A DNA stretch of 64,000 bases, taken from Octopus vulgaris (Eukaryota). Numbering within the stretch: position 1 is the first letter of the stretch; each line of letters opens with the position of its first letter. This document shows, one piece after another, positions 48,401-60,689 of this stretch. The position numbers and the translations under genes were made by a program. The notes under the pieces were generated by a model. The model had not been told where the DNA came from. It did not search any database and worked only from the letters and a program-made list of their open reading frames with translations. The stretch lies in assembly GCA_951406725.2 (NCBI GenBank), contig OX597842.1:24986001-25050000 (forward strand), written 5' to 3'.

Positions 48401-50824
48401 CTGGCTGATGACAGTCAAGGCTGATCTGGAACCCAACCTTCGAAGCAATTGCCCCAGCTCCCCTTCAGGGTTGGCGAAAGTGATGTGGTGAACAACGAAA
48501 AAACCTGGCTGATGACAGTCAAGGCTGATCTGGAACCCAACCTTCGAAGCAATTGCCCCAGCTCCCCTCTCATGGTTGGCGAAAGCGATGTGGTGGACAA
48601 CGAAAAACCTGGCTGATGACAGTCAAGGCTGATCTGGAACCCAACCTACGAAGCAATTGCCCCAGCTTCTCTCTCATTGTTGGCGAAAGCGATGTGGTGG
48701 ACAACGAAAAACCTGGCTGATGACAGTCAAGGCTGATCTGGAACCCAACCTACGAAGCAATTGCCCCAGCTCCCCTCTCAGGGTTGGCGAAAGCGATGTG
48801 GACAACGAAAAACCTGGCTGATGACAGTCAAGGCTGATCTGGAACCCAACCTACGAAGCAATTGCCCCAGCTCCCCTCTCATGGTTGGCGAAAGCGATGT
48901 GGTGGACAACAAAAATCCTGGCTGATGACAGTCAAGGCTGATCTGGAACCCAACCTACGAAGCAATTGCCCCAGCTTCCCTCTCATTGTTGGCGAAAGCG
49001 ATGTGGTGGACAACAAAAAACCTGGCTGATGACAGTCAAGGCTGATCTGGAACCCAACCTACGAAGCAATTGCCCCAGCTTCCCTCTCAGGGTTGGCGAA
49101 AGCGATGTGGACAACGAAAAACCTGGCTGATGACAGTTAAGGCTGATCTGGAACCCAACCTACGAAGCAATTGCCCCAGCTCCCCTCTCAGGGTTGGCGA
49201 AAGCGATGTGGTGGACAATGAAAAACCTGGCTGATGACAGTCAAGGCTGATCTGGAACCCAACCTACGAAGCAATTGCCCCAGCTTCCCTCTCATTGTTG
49301 GCGAAAGCGATGTGGTGGACAACGAAAAACCTGGCTGATGACAGTCAAGGCTGATCTGGAACCCAACCTACGAAGCAATTGCCCCAGCTTCCCTCTCATT
49401 GTTGGCGAAAGCGATGTGGTGGACAACGAAAATCCTGGCTGATGACAGTCAAGGCTGATCTGGAACCCAACCTACGAAGCAATTGCCCCAGCTTCCCTCT
49501 CAGGGTTGGCGAAAGCGATGTGGACAACGAAAAACCTGGCTGATGACAGTTAAGGCTGATCTGGAACCCAACCTACGAAGCAATTGCCCCAGCTTCCCTC
49601 TCATGGTTGGCGAAAGCGATGTGGTGGACAACAAAAAACCTGGCTGTGACAGTCAAGGCTGATCTGGAACCCAACCTATGAAGCAATTGCCCCAGCTCCC
49701 CTCTCAGGGTTGGCGAAAGCGATGTGGTGGACAACGAAAAACCTGGCTGATAACAGTCAAGGCTGATCTGGAACCCAACCTACGAAGCAATTGCCCCAGC
49801 TTCCCTCTCATTGCTGGCGAAAGCGATGTGGTGGACAATGAAAAACCTGGCTGATGACAGTCAAGGCTGATCTGGAACCCAACCTACGAAGCAATTGCCC
49901 CAGCTCCCCTCTCAGGGTTGGCGAAAGCGATGTGGTGGACAATGAAAAACCTGGCTGATGACAGTTAAGGCTGATCTGGAACCCAACCTACGAAGCAATT
50001 GCCCCAGCTTCCCTCTCATTGCTGACGAAAGCGATGTGGTGGTCAACGAAAAACCTGGCTGATGACAGTCAAGGCTGATCTGGAACCCAACCTACGAAGC
50101 AATTGCCCCAGCTCCCCTCTCAGGGTTGCTGACGAAAGCGATGTGGTGGACAACGAAAAACCTGGCTGATGACAGTCAAGGCTGATCTGGAACCCAACCT
50201 ACGAAGCAATTGCCCCAGCTTCCCTCTCAGGGTTGGCGAAAGCGATGTGGTGGACAACGAAAAACCTGGCTGATGACAGTCAAGGCTGATCTGGAACCCA
50301 ACCTACGAAGCAATTGCCCCAGCTTCCCTCTCATTGTTGGCGAAAGTGATGTGGTGGACAACGAAAAATCTGGCTGATGACAGTCAAGACTGATCTGGAA
50401 CCCAACCTACGAAGCAATTGCCCCAGCTTCCCTCTCATTGTTGGCGAAAGTGATGTGGTGGACAACGAAAAACCTGGCTGATGACAGTCAAGGCTGATCT
50501 GGAACCCAACCTTTGAAGCAATTGCCTCAGCTTCCCTCTCATTGTTGGCGAAAGCGATGTGGTGGACAACGAAAAACCTGGCTGATGACAGTCAAGGCTG
50601 ATCTGGAACCCAACCTATGAAGCAATTGCCCCAGCTTCCCTCTCATCGTTGGCGAAAGCGATGTGGTGGACAATGAAAAACCTGGCTGATAACAGTCAAG
50701 GCTGATCTGGAACCCAACCTACGAAGCAATTGCCCCAGCTCCCCTTCAGGGTTGGCAAAAGCGTTGTGGTGGACAATGAAAAACCTGACTGATGACAGTC
50801 AAGGCTGATTTGGAACCCAACCTA
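45411..50824 (+). repeat. Tandem satellite, ~52 copies of a 104-bp unit (shorter and longer indel variants) derived from an RTE LINE ORF
   Basis: Unit GACAGTCAAGGCTGATCTGGAACCCAACCTACGAAGCAATTGCCCCAGCT...CCTGGCTGAT with period 104 (45411, 45515, ...). The 103-bp variant translates YEAIAPAPLQGWRKRCGGQRKTWLMTVKADLEPNL. Confidence 0.97.
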
Positions 50825-51000
50825 GGCCCCCATATCTACGGCATTCGCCGCTGGAATAGGGAGTGGTTGGAGATCATGTGGTCGCTAGCCTCAAATCGCC
50901 AGGTCTGGTCAGCGTTTGTGAGAGATGCAGCATTGAGGAGGAATGAAGCCAGCTCAACCCACCCTGGGTGAATGCTGTCTTAAGACAAGAAGAAGAAGAT
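50794..51000 (+). mobile_element. 3' end of an RTE-clade LINE, continuous with the satellite unit
   Basis: TVKADLEPNLGPHIYGIRRWNREWLEIMWSLASNRQVWSAFVRDAALRRNEASSTHPG* followed by a (GAA)n tail; RTE C-terminal W...LA.xR..W...VRD pattern. Confidence 0.8.
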
Positions 51001-51179
51001 CTACAACTACGGGCATGTCCAATAAATGGATTTTACGGAACTTGGAAGTACTGTTTACTCTTTTACTCATAGGAAAAGGACCCCTAAAGACAATGAAAAA
51101 GAAGAAAAGATCAGAAACAAATCTTGAAGCATTTCTCTCCCTTAAAAAATGATTTTCACACACACTGTAATTTTATAGT

Positions 51180-51228
<49 letters not shown>

Positions 51229-51289
51229 AAGGATACATACACACATATACATACATGCACACATGTAAAAAATTATTTTTTAAATCTGT

Positions 51290-51684
51290 AGGTCAAAAGG
51301 TAAAGATCCACGCAATCTTTCAGGATGATAATGCACCAATTCACACAGCTAAAGTTGTTACTGAATGGCATGAGGAACATTCTAGTGAAGTTGAACATCT
51401 TAATCTGGCCACCACAGTCCCCAGATCTCCACATTATTGAACATTTATGCTGCATTTTAGAAAAAACAAGTAAGGAGTTGATATCCTCCACCATCATCAC
51501 AACAAGAACTGGAGACTGTTTTAGCTGAAGAATAGACAAAAATTCCTTTGGAAACAGTTCAAACTTTGTACAAGTCCATACCTCATAGAATTCAAGCTGT
51601 AATTACTGCCAAAGTTGGTCCTACCCCATATTAGAATAATTTTGCTTGAAATTTTAAGGTGTTTCCATTATTTTGTGCAACCCC

Positions 51685-51686
<2 letters not shown>
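51290..51686 (+). pseudogene. Tc1-family transposase 3' fragment with right end
   Basis: IFQDDNAPIHTAKVVTEW...(frameshift)...IWPPQSPDLHIIEHL (DD34E motif); ends TTTTGTGCAACCCCT in (TA)n. Confidence 0.88.
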
Positions 51687-51719
<33 letters not shown>

Positions 51720-51895
51720 GTGTGTGTGTATCTATATATATATTTGTATCTGTATCTATATATATATGTATCTATATATCTCTATATATATATATCTATA
51801 TATATATGTATCTATATATCTCTATATATATATATCTATATATATATGTATCTATATGTATATATATATTTATGTATATTATATATATATATATG

Positions 51896-51934
<39 letters not shown>

Positions 51935-52031
51935 ATATTTGGAGGGCAAGCCACTATGTGGTCGGCCGTATGCTATATATATATATATATGTATATTTGG
52001 AGGGCAAGCCACTATGTGGTCAGCCGTATAC

Positions 52032-52092
<61 letters not shown>

Positions 52093-52232
52093 TACGGAGA
52101 TGTACTCGCATAGCAAGTAATTTGATCTGAGATCGTGTGCTGAAACGAAAACAATTGCAGCGTATACATATATATATATATATGTATCTATATATATGTA
52201 TATATATATATGTGTGTGTGTGTATATATATA
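51686..52232. repeat. (TA)n-rich tract with embedded short duplications (similar tracts at 55560-55910 and 40770-40933)
   Basis: Direct reading; GGAGGGCAAGCCACTATGTGGTC occurs twice. Confidence 0.9.
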
Positions 52233-54755
52233 AGTGTGTATGAGTGTTCTCATGTAAGACAATTAAGGAAGTGATTTATCTATAGAAAACAGATTCTTGT
52301 TACAGACCTCCCACACCAATACAAGGGAGATAACAGTTGAGAAATTTACATTAATTATCTCCCCTGGTCTGTGTATTTAGTTTGAAATATTGCAGTTTTA
52401 ATCGACCTTGTGTATTCTCACCTGTATTCTGCCATAGCTTCCTGTGCAAAATCGTTCTTCAGGGCACTGTTGAGGTAGGTTGAAAGAGAGGTGACAAGGA
52501 AAATCCTGGTTTGACAACATCAAAGACTGGTCAGGTCACAACACAGTGAACATGCTACACATGACAAAGAACTGAGAACAGTGACAAAGGCTGACAATGA
52601 AAGTGTCAAAAGTAGCATCCCAACAACTGACTGCATTAGACGGGGACTCTTGATGATGAGGATTCTTATCATTCACATGTGGCTCGCTTGAATAAATGTG
52701 ATTATCCCTTTACATGAAACCACTGGTTGCCGTGTTAATTCAGAAATAAAGAATATTTACCCACAAATATGGTATTGAGCACTCATTCTCACCTGTTGAT
52801 ACTAATGTATATATGTATGTCATCATCATCATTAATTAATATCATGTTCCAATTCATCTAGTGCTTGCAGCACAAAACAAACAAAAGAACCAACCAGTTA
52901 TACTCATGCAGAGACAAATTCAAATGTCCTTTGGACAATCAATGTATGAACAAAAATGTGATATAGAAGTGCACTGTAAACACTAGAGGAGGCTCCTATG
53001 TATATATTGGAGTCTCGCTAGATATTTAAAAAAATCAATATTGTAACCACATTGCCGGCTTTTGAAAAATTCTTAAATGGCATGTAATATCACTGGCTGA
53101 TTTTATCTGGATGCTCAAGGAAGCGAAGACAATAGATGACCTAACCTGGTCTATAATCAGACATGCGAGTCACTCTCAGTTTTGTTTACAAAGGAGCGCA
53201 TTATAAATAGATTTATGGAACATTGGATTTGATTAAAAAGAGACGATGAGTGATGGCTAGAAGAATATTGAGCTTTATTTGATAACCGGCTGATCTAGCA
53301 AGTGGGGCCTCATATCAGTGCGGTGGGCAGTGTGCATTGATGTCGTTGAGAGGTAGACCCCAAAATGGAGCGCATTCTTTCCTGATGACACTATACACTT
53401 GGTGGCTTCAAGTATGCAGAGCTTTCGACTGGTAGCACTTGCATGTGCAAGTTATTTGCAAAACATTTACCCAGATGCCTACATGCAGCTAAACACTCAT
53501 TCACAAATTACAATCTTAACCATACCTAACTAACATAAACCTAACACCCACAACTCGGATTAATCCATCTGAGTTAAAAAGAACCGTATCAGAATAACAT
53601 GTATTTAGACATATAACTTTACAATCTAGGTGTGTGTGTGTATACATATATATATAGGCGCAGGAATGGCTGTGTGGTAAGTAGCTTGCTTAACAACTAC
53701 ATGGTTCCGGGTTCAATCCCACTGCGTGGCATCTTGCGCAAGTGTCTTCTGCTATAGCCTTGGGCCGACCAATGCCTTGTGAGTGGATTTGGTAGATGGA
53801 AACTGAAAGAAGCCTGCCATATATATGTATATATATATATGTATGTGTGTGTATATGTTTGTGTATCTGTGTTTGTCCCCCTAGCATTGCTTGACAACCG
53901 ATGCTGGTGTGTTTACGTCCCCCGTCACTTAGCGGTTCGGCAAAAGAGACCGATAGAATAAGTACTGGGCTTACAATGAATAAGTCCCAGGGTCGATTTG
54001 CTCGACTAAAGGCGGTGCTCCAACATGGCCGCAGTCAAATGACTAAAAGAGTAAAAGAGTAAAAGAGTATATATATATGTTCATAGGCGCAAGACTTATT
54101 CTTTGTAAGCCTGTACTTATTCTATCAGTCTCTTTTGCTGAACCGCTTGTTTACGACGACGTAACACACTGACATTGGTTGTTCAAGCAATAATTGGGGG
54201 ACAAACACAAATATATACATATGTATATATGTTCAATTTGAAGACTCCACTAGAATGGACAAAAGCACTAAAATATGATATATCTTTCTTTCGTTTTTAC
54301 TTGTTTCAGTCATTTGACTGCGGCCGTGCTGGAGCACTGCCTTTAGTCGAGCAAATCGACCCCGGGACTTATTCTTTGTAAGCCTAATACTTATTCTATT
54401 GGTCTCTCTTTTGCCGAACCGCTAAGTGACGGGGACTTAAACACACCAGCATCGGTTGTCAAGCAATGCTAGAGGGACACACACAGACACACAAACACAC
54501 ACACATACACATATATATACATATATACGACAGGCTTCTTTCAGTTTCCATCTACCAAATCCACTCACAAGGCTTTGGTCAGCCCGAAGCTATAGTAGAA
54601 GACACTTGCGCAAGGTGCCACGCAGTGGGACTGAACCTGGAACCATGTGGTTGGTAAGCAAGCTATGTACCACACAGCCACTCCTACGCCTATAATAAAT
54701 CTTTTTTAGATGCTATATCTCCATTTTCTTATTTTTCATTTATACATACAGACAT

Positions 54756-54806
<51 letters not shown>

Positions 54807-55094
54807 AAAACTCCGTTCGTTACTTTTTTACTCTTTTACTTGTTTCAGTCCTTTGACTGTGGCCATGATGATGATGATGATGATGATGATGATATATATA
54901 TATATATATATATACTCTTTACTTTTTACTCTTTACTTGTTTCAGACTGCGGCATGCACCGCCTTTAGTCGAGCAACTCGACCCCGGGACTTATTCTTTT
55001 GCAAGCCCAGTACTTATTCTATTGGTCTCTTTTTGCCGAACCGCTAAGTAACGGGGACATAAACACACCAGCATCGGTTGTCAAGCAATGCTAG

Positions 55095-55154
<60 letters not shown>

Positions 55155-55448
55155 AAAAAAAAAATTTTTTGGGGCTGCTATTTCTACTAAGTTCAGTATG
55201 TGGCAAAGTAATTTATTTTACTAAGCCCTAATTATATAATATATATATATAGATATATATATATATACATATATATATATAGACTGTTGGGTTTATTCAT
55301 AAAGTATTGGAATCTTACATTTTGCCTAAAAAATAGATCTACAAATTCAAAATCCCTACATATCTCACATCTCTTTTCTTTCCTCCACCTCACTCTCTAT
55401 TTTGTATCCTATCTAAATTAACTATGACTTAACCATTTTCTTACACTG

Positions 55449-55494
55449 TCTCCGATGAAGGGATATAATAAATATCCTGGAAACAGCTGTAAGA
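55449..55494 (+). ncRNA. Minimal hammerhead-like motif (CCGATGA-A core) in a Penelope-like remnant at 55283-55560
   Basis: TCT CCGATGA A GGGATAT-AATAA-ATATCCT G GAAA CAGCTG T A AGA; palindromic ACAGCTGT helix III, GUA cleavage triplet, flanked by (TA)n. Confidence 0.65.
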
Positions 55495-55577
55495 TCTTCT
55501 GTCTATAAATGTTCCAATATCTATACAGTCTCGGTTTTTTATCTCATTACTAAAAAAAAATTATATATATATATACG

Positions 55578-55611
<34 letters not shown>

Positions 55612-55803
55612 TATATATATGTATATATATGAGTGTGTGTGTGTGTATGTATATATGTGTGTATATATATATGTGTATATATATATATATGTGTATATAT
55701 ATGTGTGTATATATATATGTATGTGTATATATATGTGTGTATATATGTATATATATATATATGTATAAATATGCACATATATATATATGTATATGTATAT
55801 ATA

Positions 55804-55864
<61 letters not shown>

Positions 55865-55865
55865 G

Positions 55866-55904
<39 letters not shown>

Positions 55905-57028
55905 GTATGTATTTATATTTATACACAACCTCACGCACTAGCTATGCACATTTGCTCAATGTCGTTAAACTGTGTTACCTGTCCAGTTAGTAGTGAGTAC
56001 AATGTAGCCATTGTTACCATTAGTAACCATCTATTAGGCAAAAATATCACCTGCGTTGGAACAACTCATGACTGATGACAAAAGCACACCCCCCTCATCC
56101 TCATCCAGTAATCCTCTGTTTAACCCCCACGTTGCACACACACACACATACAAAATGAATTCATCATGTTTTATGCAACACGACTGTATATAAATATATA
56201 TGTATGTGTGTGTGTGTGTGTGTATACAGGTGTGGTCAGAAGCTTGCTTACCAACCACATGGTTCCGGGTTCAGCCCCACTGCGTGGCATATCTTGGGCA
56301 TGTGTTTTCTACTATAGCCCTGGGCCAATCAAAGCCTTGTGAGTAGATTTGGTAGAAAGAAACTGAAAGAAGCCTGTTGTATATATATATATCTGTAAAT
56401 GTAATATGTAACAATTATTTGGTAGCCATGATAAAACTCCGAGTTTCAGATGCTGAGGTGGAAATCCACACTGCCATCTCTTCTGTTACCCGGCCATTGG
56501 GAAAAATGCTACCGGGCATTGTCTTGTTGAAACACCACCTCTTTTCTGTTGGCAATCTCCAGCCTCTGTTCTTTGGTTTTTTGCTTCAAACTAACCAGCT
56601 TTTGACAGTACGCATCAGAATTAATGGTCTGATTTTGTGGGAGAAGCTTATAATAAATAAGGCCTTTATGATCCCACCAAAGTCAAAGCATAGCTTTTGT
56701 GGCATGGATATTCATCTTTGGTTGCTGTTTTGGAGGATCCTTATAGCAAACTCCAGGATCTTTTTGCACTACATTTTCATACACAATCCATTGTTCATCT
56801 CCAGTTCCAAGTTGTTTCAAAAAAAGGCATTCTTTCATTCCATTTCAAAAGCATATCACAAACGGGATACCAGTCCAAATAATTCTTTCCTGAGAATATA
56901 TGAGGGACCCATTACATTATAGCAAGAAATGTATCCTAGCTTCATTAGGTGTTCATGGGCCATACTTTTAGCAACTTGCAACCTCTCTGCAAGTTCTCTA
57001 GTCATGATATTTGAGTTTTCAATTTTTT

Positions 57029-57300
57029 CAGGAAACATTTTTTTCACGCTGAGAGTTGCTGAAGCATGGAACAAACTGCCAGCATCGGTTGTTAGTTGTC
57101 GGAGCACTGCATCCTTCAAAACTTCCATGCTTCCTGAGAGATTCGCCAACACTACACCTGATTTTCTCCCCTCCATACACACACAAGCATGTATCTGAAT
57201 CATACACTGTTCACTTCCCAGACATTTCTACATTACTGCATATACTCTATATGCACTTTCTGACAAGTTGTGGTGCACCTGAGCACTGTATACAATAATT
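57029..57300 (+). mobile_element. CR1-like LINE 3' end (3' UTR repeated at 57630-57794 with an (ATT)n tail)
   Basis: FFTLRVAEAWNKLPASVVSCRSTASFK, the typical CR1/L2 RT C-terminal RV...WN.LP..VV.....SFK motif. Confidence 0.8.
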
Positions 57301-57794
57301 TCGATACACCTGTTGTATAAAAGAGTATTATAAAAGGAGAGAGGGGCTCTCTACCCTACTTTTGACCAGGCTCCCGTGGCTTTTATGGGTTTTCCCACGA
57401 GTAACCTTTCGAAGCGCATCCCCTTATTGGGAATTACAATTGTTATATTTCCGTTATCTCTGGAATTTTTACACGTTTTTTTTGCAGACGGTCAAAACCC
57501 TTTGTAACTTTTGTCCTGTGTTTTGTCCCTTTATGTTTTAATTATTTTTGTCAGCCCTTTAGGCCAATAAACGAATTAATTATTATTATTAACTACACTT
57601 TAGTCGTCCGCATACGACTTTTCCCCTTGTAACACTATACCTGATTTTCTCCCCTCCATACACACGCAAGCATGTATCTGACTCATACATTGTTCGCTTT
57701 CCAGACATTTGTACATTACTGCATGTACTTTATATGCACTTTCTGACAAGTTGTGGTGCACCTGAGCACTGTATACAATAATTTCATTATTATT

Positions 57795-58113
57795 ATTTAA
57801 GAAACACACAAAAGCCGTTCGATTCACTTCAACATTTAAGTTTAATTTGTCAAAATATTTTCGCCGCTAAAATCCGCGACCTGTTCACTGACAAAGTCCG
57901 TGCTGCGGGATGCAGCACGGACTTTGTCAGTGAACAGGTCGCGGATTTTAGCGACGAAAATATTTTGACAAATTAAACTTAAATGTTGAAGTGAATCGAA
58001 CGGCTTTTGTGTGTTTCTTAAATGGCTTATAAACACCTTCCACGCTGCAATTGTTTTCGTTTCAGCACACGATCTCGGATCAAATTACTTGCTATGCGAG
58101 TACATCTCCGTAA
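57795..58113 (+). mobile_element. Penelope-like remnant forming a palindrome with 112-bp arms (57795-57906 / 57912-58023) plus a 3' tail
   Basis: One mismatch between arms, 5-nt loop GGGAT. The tail 58040-58113 recurs inverted at 52091-52163 inside (TA)n. Confidence 0.75.
57923..57972 (+). ncRNA. Minimal hammerhead-like motif with G3:C8 swapped core (GTGAACA)
   Basis: TTTGTCA GTGAACA G GTCGC-GGATTTTA-GCGAC GAAA ATAT T T TGACAAA: 7-bp helix I, 5-bp helix II, palindromic AATATT helix III. A mirror copy lies on the minus strand in the left arm of the palindrome. Confidence 0.65.
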
Positions 58114-58464
58114 TTATTATTATTATTATTATAAAACATCTTCACCCAATTTTGAAGGTTTTCCACTATGACTGTCATCTTCCAAGATAAATTTACACAG
58201 CATCATCACCATAAACTTCACAAATGTCTTTGTAGCATTTTCTCCTTTTTGAAAAAGAAAAGCATTACAGCACGAATATGAAATTTTTGGTTATCCATTT
58301 CAAATAGCAATGAAGAGTAACCGGAATGAAAGGTAGATCTATTTTTTTAGTCAGGAATAGAGAAGAGATGCATTACAACTTCAAGCAATGCTGAAGTTTT
58401 AACTTTCAATGAAGTATGTAAAGATTTAGCTTAAAAACACTCAGAACTTTCCTGACAACCTAAT

Positions 58465-58791
58465 ACACACACACACATACATACATACATACATACATAC
58501 ACGTACATACATACATCTATACAAACATACATACATACATACATACATACATACATACATACACACATACACACATACATACATATATTCTATACATACA
58601 TACATATATGCATACATACATACACATACATACGTACATACATTCATACATACATACATACACACACATGCATACATACATACATACACACATACACACA
58701 TACACACATACATACACACATACACACATACACACATACACACACATACATACATACATACATACATACATAGATACATACACACACACAC

Positions 58792-58824
<33 letters not shown>

Positions 58825-60430
58825 CACACATATGCATACATACATACATACATACATATATACACACATATGCATACATACATACATACATATATACATA
58901 TACACACACATGCATACATACATACATACATACATACATACATACATAAATACATACATACATACACACATACACACATACACACACATACATACATACA
59001 CACATACATACATACATACTTACATACACACATACACACATACATACATACACACACATGCATACATACATACATACATATATACATATACACACACACA
59101 CACAAGCATACATACATACATATGTACATACATACATATGTACATACATACATACATACATACATACATACATCTATACATACATACATACATACATACA
59201 CATACGTACATACATACATATATACATACATACATATATACATACATACATACATACATACACACATACATACATACATACATACATACATACGTACATA
59301 CATACATATATACATACATACATACATACATACACATACGTACATACATACATCTATACATACATACACATATACATACATACATACATGCATACATACA
59401 TACATACATACATACATACATACATACATACATACATACATACACACATACACACATACATACACACATATATACATATACACACACATACATACATACA
59501 TACATACATAAATACATATATACATACATACATACATACACACACATATACATACATACATATATACATACATACATACATACATGCATACATACACACA
59601 TATATACATACATACATACATACACAAATACATACACACATACATACATACATACATACATACATACATACACACATATATACATACATACATACATACA
59701 TACATACATACATGCATACATACATACATACATACATACATACATACATACATACATAAATACATATATACATACATACATACACACACATATACATACA
59801 TACATATATACATACATACATACATACATACATAAATACATACACCCATACACACATACATACATACATACATACATACACACATATATACATACATACA
59901 TACATACATACACACATACATACACACATACATACATAATACATACATACATACATACACAAATACATACACACATACATACATAATACATACATACATA
60001 CATACACACATACATACATACAAACATACATACATACATCTATACATACATCTATACATCTATACACACATAAATACATACATACATACATACATACATA
60101 CATACATACACATACATACGTACATACATGCATACATACATACATACATACACATACATACGTACATACATGCATACATACATACATACTTACACACATG
60201 TACACATACATACATACATATACACACATACATACATACATACATACATACATACATACATACATACATACATACATACATACATACATACATACATACA
60301 TACATGCATGCACACATACACACATACACACATACACACATACAAACATACATCCATACACACATACACACACACACACACACATACAAACATACATACA
60401 TACACACATACACACATACATACATACATA
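58465..60430. repeat. ~2-kb degenerate (CATA)n/(CA)n microsatellite
   Basis: Direct reading. Confidence 0.97.
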
Positions 60431-60689
60431 GATGGAGTTTGGACTGAATTTGACAGCTTTTATAAAAGGTAAAATAAATAATATTCCAACCGGAAATTAA
60501 AGTATTCTAAAAAATCAAAAAATATCCACACAATATCAAGATGGTTTCTACTCCTCCGTGTCAGTTAACTTTTTCTCAACTACAATTTCAATCTTTATGC
60601 TCTCCAACGCCATTGACCATTCACCAATACTCCAAACTGTTCCTGAAAAAAGGGAGACATCAAATTTAGCCTGATCATCAGTCTCCTAA

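Larger units (their letters stand above)
56497..58463 (-). pseudogene. Decayed mariner transposon interrupted by LINE and Penelope-like insertions (57029-58130)
   Basis: TIR TA-TTAGGTTGTCAGGAAAGTTCTG at 58463; MDNQKFHIRAVML...ICEVYGDDAV; TRELAERLQVAKSMAHEHLMKLG (HTH); WWDHKGLIYYKLLPQNQTINSDAYCQKL...NRKEVVFQQDNAR. Confidence 0.88.

Noticed and set aside
45411-50824. CRISPR-like array
   Set aside because: Units are contiguous near-identical 104-mers with no unique spacers, no cas genes are present, the context is eukaryotic, and the unit is LINE-derived.
52298-52765. Possible solo LTR (starts TGTTAC, contains AATAAA, ends CA)
   Set aside because: No matching inverted terminus or TSD could be identified.
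53060-53130. WHVISLADFIWMLK, reminiscent of a Chapaev-type transposase C-terminus
   Set aside because: Too short and degenerate to support without a search.
58441-60472. Long ORFs (MYVC/HTYI repeats); likewise 14818-15919, 51615-52130, 55539-56075 and 62489-63976
   Set aside because: Translations of microsatellites that lack stop codons by composition.
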